From positions 1 to 45,334 of the forward strand of contig CAXFSR010000025.1 of NCBI GenBank assembly GCA_964005815.1: a stretch of DNA of 45,334 nucleotides, in the 5' to 3' direction. Of this stretch, positions 9,748 to 18,547 are shown piece by piece. The DNA is from an uncultured Nitrospinaceae bacterium (lineage in GTDB: Bacteria; UBA8248). The notes under the pieces were generated by a model, which worked only from the letters and a program-made list of their open reading frames with translations, was not told the origin of the DNA and did no database searches. Numbering within the stretch: the stretch's first letter is position 1; every line of letters starts with the position of its first letter. Both the position numbers and the translations under genes were made by a program.

Positions 9748-11304
9748 TTAAATTTTAGTCATTGCAGACCCGTCTCTTCTGGAGTCTCCGCAAGCAAATA
9801 ATTCTCCATTTTCTAGTTTTTCTATTGCGTGTATTCCCCCAAAAAAATGACTCGGGTATTCATTTCGAATGATCTTAAATTTAAGTTTCTTCAATGCCTC
9901 TTCTAGTTTATCGTTTTCTTCTCCCTCTATATACAAAGGTCCTATGTCGCAGTGAATCCTTTTTCTCTTGATTGCATCAGACAGATTCAATTTAAGGTGG
10001 TGTTGATTCAATATAACTTGCGCTATAGCGGTAGGGATACGATAAGAACCCGGACTTCCAATAGCAGTTTGTAGTTTGTTCTTTTTGAAAATGAAAGTTG
10101 GCGCGAATCCTGCAATTGGTCTCTTTCCCGGCAGAATACTGTTTGGTTTGTTTGGTCGAGGGTCCATCCAGTTAGTATGATTATTTAAGATAATACCTGT
10201 TTCTGGAACTATAATTCCAGATCCCCAAGCTGCGCCTAGTGTCTGTGTTTGACATACAGCGTTACCTTGTTTGTCAATAATGGTAAAATGAGTTGTTGAC
10301 CCTATTTCATGATCGTGATTATGAACATCCAATTTTTTTATAGAATCAATTAATTTTCTCGCATATTCTTTTGTTGATAAGTAGTCAAAATCTTTTTCTA
10401 AAAATTCAGGATCTCCATACAATGAAAATCTGTCTTTAAAAGCAATTTGCATGGCTTTTACAAGATTTAAGGAGAATTCCAATTCGTTTAGATTTTTTAT
10501 TTTTTTTCTTTGTATTTCAAAGAGATTTAGTATTTGAATTAATAAGAGTCCACAAGAGGGTAAAGGGGCTGTAAAATAGTTTAGATTTTCGTATTCTCCC
10601 TCCAATGGTTTTGGTTCTCTGATTTTGTAGGAAACAAGGTCATCGAAATTCAAAGGCGCATTTCCTTTCTTCATTTCCTTACAAATCAATTGGCCTATTT
10701 TCCCATTATAGAAAATTTCACTTCCTTCTTTTGCTATTTTATCAAGGCTTTCTGCCAATTCTGGTTGTTTGATTAAAGAACCTAATTTATGTGGAATCCC
10801 ATCTTTGGAATGGATTTTCCTTAGATTAGGAAATTGTTCTAACATTTCAATGAAACGTTTTTCGTTTGATTGTAGTGCATAAAACGAATTGATCTTAAAT
10901 CCATTTCTTGCAATTTTTATTGGTTCCTCAAAAAGAATAGACCAGTCCATACTACAAAACTTTTTATGAATAGACTCCAATCCCTTTGATAATCCAGGAA
11001 CTAGGATAGAAAGATATCCTCTGTTATGTTCGTTTGTTAGATGTTTCCCGTCTTCATCGCAATCGAACATGGAAGATGTGACTTGACTTGAGCATTCATT
11101 TCCAAAATCTATGAATGATATTTTTTTTTCTTTTTCATTCCAAAGGAGGGAAACACCGCCACCGCCTAATCCTGAATAAAAAGGTTCTGTAACACCTAGA
11201 GTGAGTGAAACGGTAATCGCCGCATCAAAAGCATTTCCTCCTTTTTCTAAGATATGCATTCCCGCATTCACAGCCTCGGGACGCGCTGCGGCAACTCCAT
11301 ACAT
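9748..11304 (-). CDS. Gamma-glutamyltransferase-fold Ntn hydrolase, cytoplasmic, with non-canonical substrate pocket
   Basis: GGNAFDAA, SGLGGGG, autoprocessing STTHFTIIDKQGNAV, PGKRP, GSPGS. No signal peptide. Confidence 0.88.
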   Translation of the reverse strand: MYGVAAARPEAVNAGMHILEKGGNAFDAAITVSLTLGVTEPFYSGLGGGGVSLLWNEKEKKISFIDFGNECSSQVTSSMFDCDEDGKHLTNEHNRGYLSILVPGLSKGLESIHKKFCSMDWSILFEEPIKIARNGFKINSFYALQSNEKRFIEMLEQFPNLRKIHSKDGIPHKLGSLIKQPELAESLDKIAKEGSEIFYNGKIGQLICKEMKKGNAPLNFDDLVSYKIREPKPLEGEYENLNYFTAPLPSCGLLLIQILNLFEIQRKKIKNLNELEFSLNLVKAMQIAFKDRFSLYGDPEFLEKDFDYLSTKEYARKLIDSIKKLDVHNHDHEIGSTTHFTIIDKQGNAVCQTQTLGAAWGSGIIVPETGIILNNHTNWMDPRPNKPNSILPGKRPIAGFAPTFIFKKNKLQTAIGSPGSYRIPTAIAQVILNQHHLKLNLSDAIKRKRIHCDIGPLYIEGEENDKLEEALKKLKFKIIRNEYPSHFFGGIHAIEKLENGELFACGDSRRDGSAMTKI

Positions 11305-11334
11305 TCGTTAAATCCCATTTCCTATTGAAAGAGT

Positions 11335-12183
11335 TTATTCTTTTTCGTCATTGATTCTCTTTAAAGCACGAAGACCTTCGTGAAGAACTACCATTCCCCC
11401 AGGTGTCACACATACTTCAAAAGCTTCTAATAATTGCATTTCAGTAGCACCTAGTTTCATAGCTTTTTTTGTATTTTCATATAATTCTTCACTCATTCCC
11501 CTGTAAGCCATAATTACGATACTTACCATCATTCTTACTATAGGGTCCAAATGTCCTCTTTTCCCTTCAAAAAAGCCCCAATACACTCTGGAATTAACCT
11601 CAAAAAAATCTGGATCTAAATTAATGCCATATTCAATAGCTTCGTCTTTGTAACCCATGTCATTTTGTATTTTTTTTGTTATTCGATTTATTTTTTCTTC
11701 TCTTGTCTCAGAGGTATTATTTTTAACCTCTTCCATCTCTTTTCTCACACTATACTTCCAGTCTCTGTCTATTGGGTTGTGATTACTTTCTTCATTTACA
11801 ATTCTTCTTAAAGAATCTAAGCCAACCATAAGAGTTGGTGATCCGCCTGCACCAACAGCAACAGAGAAAACTTCTAATAAGTCGTTCACACTTGCTCCGT
11901 GTTTAATTGCATTTTTTGCGTGTGTGTATGCTCCCGGTCTATCTCTACAGGCTAAAACACCTGCAACTATCATTTCTCTTGTCTTATGATCTAAGTGTCT
12001 TGGTTGGTCAGATTTAAAAAATCCCCAATGACCAGTTAGCCATGCTTCCATATAATCTGGATCCCATTCACAACCAAAATCCAACCAAGTGTTGTCAGGA
12101 GTTGCATCGTCCCAATCATCCTCAATAATTTGTTTTGTTTCCGTAACTCTATTTTGTCTTTTTTCTTCTTCCATCAATTCCAT
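11335..12183 (-). CDS. Tandem carboxymuconolactone decarboxylase/AhpD-like domain protein
   Basis: Two homologous halves: DPD..E....WGFF....HLD..xR.M....A.R....K.AxKxGAxxxxLLExF.V. Confidence 0.75.
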   Translation of the reverse strand: MELMEEEKRQNRVTETKQIIEDDWDDATPDNTWLDFGCEWDPDYMEAWLTGHWGFFKSDQPRHLDHKTREMIVAGVLACRDRPGAYTHAKNAIKHGASVNDLLEVFSVAVGAGGSPTLMVGLDSLRRIVNEESNHNPIDRDWKYSVRKEMEEVKNNTSETREEKINRITKKIQNDMGYKDEAIEYGINLDPDFFEVNSRVYWGFFEGKRGHLDPIVRMMVSIVIMAYRGMSEELYENTKKAMKLGATEMQLLEAFEVCVTPGGMVVLHEGLRALKRINDEKE

Positions 12184-12218
12184 CTCCTATTTTTCAACTT
12201 ATAAAATTCTTATGATTG

Positions 12219-12866
12219 TTAATTTTGTACCCAAGGACGGGAGCAAGATTTTGCTTTGAAAGCATCTCCTCCTTTAAAAATTTCATTATCTGTTCCCCAG
12301 TGTATTTCTTGTTTGAGTTTCTTGAATTTAGGAATGTGTTTTGAACAATGTATGTAGGCTTCTTCGATTTCGATCATGATCCAGCATTCAGGTTTTTTCC
12401 CTCCTTTTTCTTTTGCATCTTCAAGTATCTTTTTCGGCAAACTCTGTTTTTTTATAAAAGATTCATTATCTATTATAGTTGCATGTCCGTTGACGTGAAG
12501 TCCTATTCTACTACTAAAAAAGTCTATGAAAACCATTCCTATATGAGGATTCTCCATGATATTTCCTATGCTTGCCATTACTCCATTACCTCGGTACTCC
12601 GGTAGTGCAAGTTTACGTTTACTTAAAATATGAACAAATCCCGGATCCCCTGCGCGGAATGAAGAGTCACATTCCCCTTTACTGTCAGATGTAGAAATGA
12701 AAACCATTTCGCGTTCTGAAATAAATTTTTTCATTAATGGATTAAGATAATTAAGCATTTGATTATTATAAAAAGCGTCTGCTCTTTTACGGGATCCAAA
12801 AGTTTTTTGTGCTTCATGCTCTCCATCAGAGCCGGGAAGTCTGTTGTTTTTTTCTTTAGACTCCAT
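12219..12866 (-). CDS. Pyridoxamine 5'-phosphate oxidase-like flavin-binding protein (split beta-barrel)
   Basis: CDSSFRAGDPGFV, PEYRGNG, NPHIGMVF, EAYIHCSK. Confidence 0.85.
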   Translation of the reverse strand: MESKEKNNRLPGSDGEHEAQKTFGSRKRADAFYNNQMLNYLNPLMKKFISEREMVFISTSDSKGECDSSFRAGDPGFVHILSKRKLALPEYRGNGVMASIGNIMENPHIGMVFIDFFSSRIGLHVNGHATIIDNESFIKKQSLPKKILEDAKEKGGKKPECWIMIEIEEAYIHCSKHIPKFKKLKQEIHWGTDNEIFKGGDAFKAKSCSRPWVQN

Positions 12867-12914
12867 TTAATTTCCTTTCATGTGAAAAGTTGAATCCTAA
12901 ATGGCAATATAGAT

Positions 12915-13973
12915 TTAAATAAATAAATCTTTGTTTCCATAAATCCATTTTTGTAATTTAGAAATACCATCTTCTACGGAAGTTTTCGGTTTCCATCCGA
13001 ATTCTTCGTAAGCCCTTTCGATATTGCATACGAAGACAGGTTGATCTCCTGGTCTCCAATTAGAGTATGAAGGAGTAATCTTCTTCTTAGTAAACTTTTC
13101 CAAAAGACTTATTAGTTCCAAAAGAGAAAGTGTATTATCAGATCCTCCCCCTATATTGTAAGCTTTTCCATTTATTTTTTCCATATTTTCAATTGCCATT
13201 ACATAGCAATCTACTAAATCGTCTATAAATAGAACGTCACGAACTTGTTTTCCGTCACCATAAATTGTAATTTCTTTTTCAAGTAAAGATGCGATAGTAA
13301 ACCAAGCAACCCATCCTTGGTCTTCGATCCCAAATTGTCTATATCCATAAATACATGATTGTCTCATTACAACAGATTTTATTCCGTATATCCTTGAATA
13401 ATCTATAACATATTGATCTGCAACGCCTTTTGAGCAACCGTAAGGGGAATGGAAGTCCAGAAGAGTATTTTCAGATATCCCAGATGGATATTTCTCATAT
13501 GTATATTTATTGTTTTTTTCTACAATCTCAATATCTTCCATTTCCCCGTAAACTTTATTGGTTGAAGAAAAAATCAGGAATGGGGAATCTTTGAGGAGTT
13601 CGTTGTTTTTTTCTAAGGGTTCAAGATTGTAATTTTCTCTTATTGCCTCAAGAACGTTTAATGTTCCCAAGGCATTTATTTCAAAATCTTCGCGAGGATT
13701 CTCAACAGAAGTTGTTACAGCAACTTGACCAGCAAGATGGATAACTACGTCTATATTTTCATTTTCTGAAAAAATACTTTTTACTAGTTCATAGTCTCTT
13801 AAATCACCTTCAATAAAAGAAAAATTTCCATTTTTTTTCAGCCAGTTTAGATTTGACTTTGAACCCTTTCGGGATAAGTTATCGAAGACGATAACATCAT
13901 TACCCGAATCGATAAATCGTTTAGCTGTATTTGAACCTATGAAACCTGCCCCGCCTGTAATTAGAATCTTCAT
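12915..13973 (-). CDS. NAD-dependent nucleotide-sugar epimerase, CDP-paratose 2-epimerase (RfbE)-like
   Basis: TGGAGFIG, HLAGQVAVTTS, SSTNKVYG, LDFHSPYGCSKG, EDQGWVAWF, GDGKQVRD. Confidence 0.85.
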   Translation of the reverse strand: MKILITGGAGFIGSNTAKRFIDSGNDVIVFDNLSRKGSKSNLNWLKKNGNFSFIEGDLRDYELVKSIFSENENIDVVIHLAGQVAVTTSVENPREDFEINALGTLNVLEAIRENYNLEPLEKNNELLKDSPFLIFSSTNKVYGEMEDIEIVEKNNKYTYEKYPSGISENTLLDFHSPYGCSKGVADQYVIDYSRIYGIKSVVMRQSCIYGYRQFGIEDQGWVAWFTIASLLEKEITIYGDGKQVRDVLFIDDLVDCYVMAIENMEKINGKAYNIGGGSDNTLSLLELISLLEKFTKKKITPSYSNWRPGDQPVFVCNIERAYEEFGWKPKTSVEDGISKLQKWIYGNKDLFI

Positions 13974-14008
13974 TTTTAAGTCTCTCTAGAAAATTAAGAA
14001 TATTTTCT

Positions 14009-14083
14009 TGGAGCCGACGAGGAGACTTGAACTCCTGACCTGCTGATTACGAATCAGCTGCTCTACCTCTGAGCTACGCCGGC
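14009..14083 (-). tRNA. tRNA-Thr(CGT)
   Basis: Reverse complement folds into a cloverleaf: GCCGGCG acceptor stem, GCTGA-TTCGTAA-TCAGC anticodon arm, TTCAAGT T-loop, encoded CCA. Confidence 0.96.
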
Positions 14084-14104
14084 AAATACATCAGATCTTG
14101 TTTG

Positions 14105-14133
14105 ATTGAACACGCAGACATAGATATAGTCAA
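14105..14133 (-). promoter_or_regulatory. Putative sigma70 promoter for tRNA-Thr
   Basis: TTGACT-17 bp-TTCAAT on the minus strand, ending about 20 bp before the tRNA. Confidence 0.55.
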
Positions 14134-14238
14134 GTTTCTTATTTTTTTTGTGTTGATTTTTAGATATAAAAAATTAGAAAACACTAGAGATGGACTTGAC
14201 TTATCTTATCGCCCGAAGTAGATATTCTTTCTTGTTGG

Positions 14239-14314
14239 GAGCCGCTAGCTCAGTTGGTAGAGCACCGGACTTTTAATCCGTAGGTCCCGGGTTCGAGTCC
14301 CGGGCGGCTCACCA
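14239..14314 (+). tRNA. tRNA-Lys(TTT)
   Basis: GAGCCGC acceptor stem, AGTTGGTA D-loop, CTTTTAA anticodon loop, TTCGAGT T-loop, ACCA end. Confidence 0.96.
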
Positions 14315-14366
14315 GCAAATATTTTAATGAGTCAAAAATGAGGTTTTTGTGAATAGATTTATGTGA

Positions 14367-14432
14367 ATGCCTACTAGAATTACAATCGCGGTCGTTGCGG
14401 TTATAGTTGGTATGTATTGGTTGTTTTCTTAG
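14367..14432 (+). CDS. Possible 21-aa single-pass membrane peptide (MPTRITIAVVAVIVGMYWLFS)
   Basis: Manual translation gives a hydrophobic stretch. The GAGG RBS precedes an in-frame GTG at 14349, separated from this ORF by a TGA. Confidence 0.3.
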   Translation: MPTRITIAVVAVIVGMYWLFS

Positions 14433-14662
14433 AAAAATTTAAAAATTGTTTTTTTGTTTAAAGGCTCTTATTAGTTTTTTGCGTCCTCATATCCTCCATT
14501 TTCTTTTTCTGTAATAGACTCATCTGTTTTCTGTGTTTACAATGATACAAATTTAAAGTTCATATAGAGTTTTCTGTAAAAATGCAGATCTTCCTCATCT
14601 GAAAAATAGCGTTTTATTTATATTTGTTTTTCCTTTAGATTATTTTTTTGGGAGTTTTTTAC

Positions 14663-15556
14663 ATGTCAAAAATGAGGCCAGTAGGAGTGGTTGGATTAGG
14701 CAGAATGGGAGAACCTCTAGCCATTCGCTTAGGCAATATGAGAAGTGATATTTATATTTGGGATGTGAATCCTGACATTAGGAATAAAGTTTCTAAAAAC
14801 AAAAATCTCTTTATAGCTGAACCTATTAAAATGTCACAAAAATGTTCTGTTATTTTTTTTGTAGTTCCTTCATCGAAAGAGATAAAACTAATTTTTAATG
14901 GAAAGCTTGGTATTTTAAGGAATGGAAAAAAAGGTTTGGTAGTTTTTGACCTTACAACTTCGGATCCAATTGAAACAAAGAAAATTGCAGAAAAAGCATC
15001 AGAAAAAGGTATTTCTTACCTAGATGCAGCAATGAGTGGAGGACCTTCTGGTATCCAAGAAGGAAAATTAACACTTATGATTGGAGGAGATAAAAAGGTA
15101 CTAAAAAAGACTAACGCTGTTTTGTCTTTATTCACAGATAATATTTTTCATTTAGGTGAAATAGGTTCTGGTCAGACGATGAAACTTATCCATAATATGG
15201 TTCTTCATACTATGTTTCTCGCCACTTGTGAAGGGGCACGTTTGGCAGAGAGAATGGGGATAAATGTTAAAGATATGATTGATGTTTTTAATGTTTCAAC
15301 TGCATTTAGTTATGCTAGCAAGCACCGGTTCCCAAATAATATACTTTCGGGAAAATGGAATGCTTTAGCTAGAATATATAATATGGATAAAGATGTAGGT
15401 CTTGCTATTAAATTGGCTAAAAAAAACAAATTAAAAGTTGAACTTGGAGAGAAAACGCTTGAGTTTATACACAAAGCAGTCTCCAGAGGGATGATTGAAG
15501 AAGATTTGTCTCTGCTATATAGAGATTTTGATGATATACAGAAGATGAAGATTTGA
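14663..15556 (+). CDS. Beta-hydroxyacid dehydrogenase (3-hydroxyisobutyrate dehydrogenase family)
   Basis: VGLGRMG, DAAMSGG, LMIGG, GSGQTMKLIHN with catalytic Lys, KDVGLA. Confidence 0.88.
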   Translation: MSKMRPVGVVGLGRMGEPLAIRLGNMRSDIYIWDVNPDIRNKVSKNKNLFIAEPIKMSQKCSVIFFVVPSSKEIKLIFNGKLGILRNGKKGLVVFDLTTSDPIETKKIAEKASEKGISYLDAAMSGGPSGIQEGKLTLMIGGDKKVLKKTNAVLSLFTDNIFHLGEIGSGQTMKLIHNMVLHTMFLATCEGARLAERMGINVKDMIDVFNVSTAFSYASKHRFPNNILSGKWNALARIYNMDKDVGLAIKLAKKNKLKVELGEKTLEFIHKAVSRGMIEEDLSLLYRDFDDIQKMKI

Positions 15557-15591
15557 AATAAATATTTTAAATTCCTTTATTTGGAGGTCGT

Positions 15592-16344
15592 ATGGAATTT
15601 GAGGGAAAGGTTGTTTTAATTACAGGAGGTGCACAAGGAATAGGAGCCGCTACAGCTAGATTATTTGCAAAAAAAGGTGCGAGCGTAGCAGTTGCAGATT
15701 TAGATGGGAAAAGACTAGAAAAATTAGAAGAAGATATTAAAGAAAGCGGAGGAAATTTCAAGTCCATTGAAGTTGATTGTGGAAAAAGCGAGGATATTGA
15801 AAAAATGATCTCTGAAACCTCAAAAACTTTCGGGGGTATTGATATTTTAGTATGTGGTGCAATTTTTCGTCCTACGAAACCATTGATGGAAGTAAAAGAA
15901 GAGGATTTAGATCATGCTTGGAGTGTAAATATAAAGGGATATTATTTGTCTGTTCAGAAAATAGTACCTGAGTTTAGAAAACGTCACGGAGGTAAAATCG
16001 TGCTTATTTCCAGCACATTTGGTTTTGTTGGCGCGCCGAATTTTTCTGTATATTGTGCATGTAAAGGTGCGATAGTAAATATGGCTCGGTCTTTTTCTTT
16101 TGAGTTAGCCAAAGAAAATATCAATGTAAATGCAGTTGCTCCAGGACCAATTATGACAGAAGGTATGGAAGAACTTATTAAAAAAGATCCCACAATAGAA
16201 AGTCATCGGACAGCAAATATGCCACTTCCAAGATTTGGGAAACCAGAAGAAATTGCTGAATCAATCGTTTTTTTATCTTCAGAATCTTCTGAGTATATTC
16301 ATGGACATAATCTTGTTGTAGATGGAGGATATCTTGCAGTTTGA
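15592..16344 (+). CDS. Short-chain dehydrogenase/reductase
   Basis: TGGAQGIG, YCACK, VNAVAPGP, VVDGG. GGAGG RBS. Confidence 0.9.
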   Translation: MEFEGKVVLITGGAQGIGAATARLFAKKGASVAVADLDGKRLEKLEEDIKESGGNFKSIEVDCGKSEDIEKMISETSKTFGGIDILVCGAIFRPTKPLMEVKEEDLDHAWSVNIKGYYLSVQKIVPEFRKRHGGKIVLISSTFGFVGAPNFSVYCACKGAIVNMARSFSFELAKENINVNAVAPGPIMTEGMEELIKKDPTIESHRTANMPLPRFGKPEEIAESIVFLSSESSEYIHGHNLVVDGGYLAV

Positions 16345-16460
16345 GCGCGTTTTTTGTATCCTCATGTTCGGTTTTGTGTTACGTAAGTAATATAATAAAA
16401 TGTTTATTCATTAACTATTAAATTTATTTTTTAATTTTTTAAATATAGGAGAAAACGCCC

Positions 16461-17057
16461 ATGGCATTTGAACTTCCGAATCTTGATTACGATTATGCAG
16501 CACTAGAGCCAAATCTTGATGCTAGAACTATGGAAATTCACCATACGAAACATCACAATACATATACTACAAATCTGAATAATGTTTCTGCAGGAACTGA
16601 TCTTGAAGGAAAGAGCATTGAAGAAATTCTTGCGAATATAGATTCAGTTCCTGAAGATATTAGAGGTGCTATTAATTTTAATGGTGGTGGATATGATAAT
16701 CACTGTATTTTCTGGAAAAATATGAGCCCAAATGGTGGTGGTGCTCCTAGTGGAGATTTAGCATCTGCAATTGGTGATTTTGATAAATTTAAAGATGATT
16801 TTTCAAAATCTGCAGCAGGTGTTCAAGGAAGTGGTTGGTGTTGGCTTGTAACTAAATCTGGTTCTGGTTCTGTAGAAATTAAAACTATGCCAAATCAAAC
16901 TAGTCCAAGAACCGAAGGTTTTGTGCCTCTTCTTGGTGTAGATGTTTGGGAACATGCATATTATCTGAATTACCAAAACAGAAGACCTGATTATATTTCT
17001 GCATGGTGGAATGTTGTGAATTGGGAAGATGTAGCTTCACGTTTTGCATCAGCATAG
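16461..17057 (+). CDS. sodA: Fe/Mn superoxide dismutase, Mn-type signature
   Basis: [22 protein letters not shown]. Confidence 0.93.
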   Translation: MAFELPNLDYDYAALEPNLDARTMEIHHTKHHNTYTTNLNNVSAGTDLEGKSIEEILANIDSVPEDIRGAINFNGGGYDNHCIFWKNMSPNGGGAPSGDLASAIGDFDKFKDDFSKSAAGVQGSGWCWLVTKSGSGSVEIKTMPNQTSPRTEGFVPLLGVDVWEHAYYLNYQNRRPDYISAWWNVVNWEDVASRFASA

Positions 17058-17098
17058 TTTAGAAGATTAAATTTTAGATTTTTTTAAGGAGATTTTAA

Positions 17099-17563
17099 AT
17101 GACATTAGCGGTTGGAGATGAAGCTCCAGATTTTGAACTTCCACAGGCATTAGATGCTGGAGATGATATTAAGTTAAGTGATTATAGAGGAAAAAGTAAT
17201 GTTCTTCTATGTTTCTATCCTTTTGATTTTTCAGGCCCTTGTGGGGAACAACTTCCTGTTTATCAAGCTCAGTCCGAAAAATTTGAAAGTGCAAACTGCC
17301 AAGTTCTGGGAATTAGTGTAGATAGTAAATTTTCTCATGCTGCGTGGGCAGAAAAACTTGGAGTGGAATATCCACTTCTAAGTGATTTCCCTGCAAAAAA
17401 TACTGTTCAGTCTTATGGTCTTTTGCATGAAGGGGGTTTTAGTAATAGAGCAGTAATTTTGATTGATAAGGAAGGAAAGGTAGTACATATACAAGTATCG
17501 CCTACACCACCTGAATTGCCTGATAATGATGCGCTTTATACAGCACTTGAAAGTCTATCTTAG
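17099..17563 (+). CDS. Peroxiredoxin (AhpC/TSA family, AhpE-like)
   Basis: GDEAPDFEL, FYPFDFSGPC peroxidatic motif, GISVDS, LLSDF, RAVILIDKEG. Confidence 0.88.
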   Translation: MTLAVGDEAPDFELPQALDAGDDIKLSDYRGKSNVLLCFYPFDFSGPCGEQLPVYQAQSEKFESANCQVLGISVDSKFSHAAWAEKLGVEYPLLSDFPAKNTVQSYGLLHEGGFSNRAVILIDKEGKVVHIQVSPTPPELPDNDALYTALESLS

Positions 17564-17577
17564 AAACTGTTTTAATT

Positions 17578-17612
17578 ACCGGTGTGGATGAAATATCCGC
17601 ACCGGTTTTTTT
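17578..17612 (+). terminator. Intrinsic terminator after sod-peroxiredoxin
   Basis: ACCGGTGTGGAT-gaaat-ATCCGCACCGGT hairpin followed by a T-run. Confidence 0.85.
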
Positions 17613-17642
17613 ATTATTCAATTTTAGATAGGAGCGCTAGAT

Positions 17643-18536
17643 TTGGATTCGCAATTTATGAAGAATATTTCTAGTTCTCATTCCACAATTTCTATAGAAT
17701 TTTTTCCACCAAAGAGCGAAAATGCACGTTTGTCTCTTCTTGAAGAAGCCAAGAAAATTAGCTCATTAGTTGAAGTGTCTTTCTTTTCTGTTACCTATGG
17801 TGCTGGGGGTACCACAAAGAAAGGAACCCTAGATTTAGTTACAAAATTATCGAAAATTTATGAGGAAAGAGTGGTTGCACATTTGACGTGTGTAGGTGCA
17901 ACAAGATCTGAACTTACCGAGTTGATGAAAATATATAAAGAAAACAATATGTTTCATATTCTTGCACTTCGTGGAGATATTCCTGAAGATTTTCCAGAAA
18001 ATAGACTTATTTCTCCAGATTTTAAATATGCGATAGATTTGTTGAGATGGCTTAGAAGTATTGGAGGATTTAATTCAATTGGTGTTGCTTGTTATCCAGA
18101 AGGGCATCCTGAAACTAATAATTTTGAAAAAGATTTTCAATTCTTTTCAGAAAAAGTTTTCGCTGGTGCAGATTATGCTATATCGCAATTTTTCTTTGAG
18201 CCTAAGTTGTGGGAATCTTTCTTAGAAAATTGTTCGCGTAAGAATATTTCTATTCCTTTGATACCTGGGATTTTGCCAATACGAGATATAGAACAAACAA
18301 TTCGTTTTGCAGAACGTTGTGGTGCAAGTGTACCTGATAAAATTGTAAAGAAACTTTTAAAATTTAAAAATGATATTTCTAGTTTTAATCAGCTTTCTGC
18401 AGATCTGACGACAGAGTTAATTTTATCTCTTCAAAATTTAGGGGTTAGACATTTTCATATTTATTCCCTGAATCGTTCAAATCTAATAAATCTCATTTCC
18501 AAACGACTAGGTTGGAATAAATCTTTCAAGTCATAA
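17643..18536 (+). CDS. metF: 5,10-methylenetetrahydrofolate reductase
   Basis: SIEFFPPK, SVTYGAGG, AHLTC, LALRGD, YPEGH, SQFFF, HIYSLN. Confidence 0.93.
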   Translation: MDSQFMKNISSSHSTISIEFFPPKSENARLSLLEEAKKISSLVEVSFFSVTYGAGGTTKKGTLDLVTKLSKIYEERVVAHLTCVGATRSELTELMKIYKENNMFHILALRGDIPEDFPENRLISPDFKYAIDLLRWLRSIGGFNSIGVACYPEGHPETNNFEKDFQFFSEKVFAGADYAISQFFFEPKLWESFLENCSRKNISIPLIPGILPIRDIEQTIRFAERCGASVPDKIVKKLLKFKNDISSFNQLSADLTTELILSLQNLGVRHFHIYSLNRSNLINLISKRLGWNKSFKS

Positions 18537-18547
18537 AATTGAAATTT

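Noticed and set aside
14361..14369. Genome-wide TGA recoding (Trp, Gly or Sec) suggested by the in-frame TGA in the small ORF
   Set aside because: Conserved Trp positions use TGG throughout, long genes have no internal TGA, and TGA ends several genes at the expected position (e.g. 15556, 16344, 40570).
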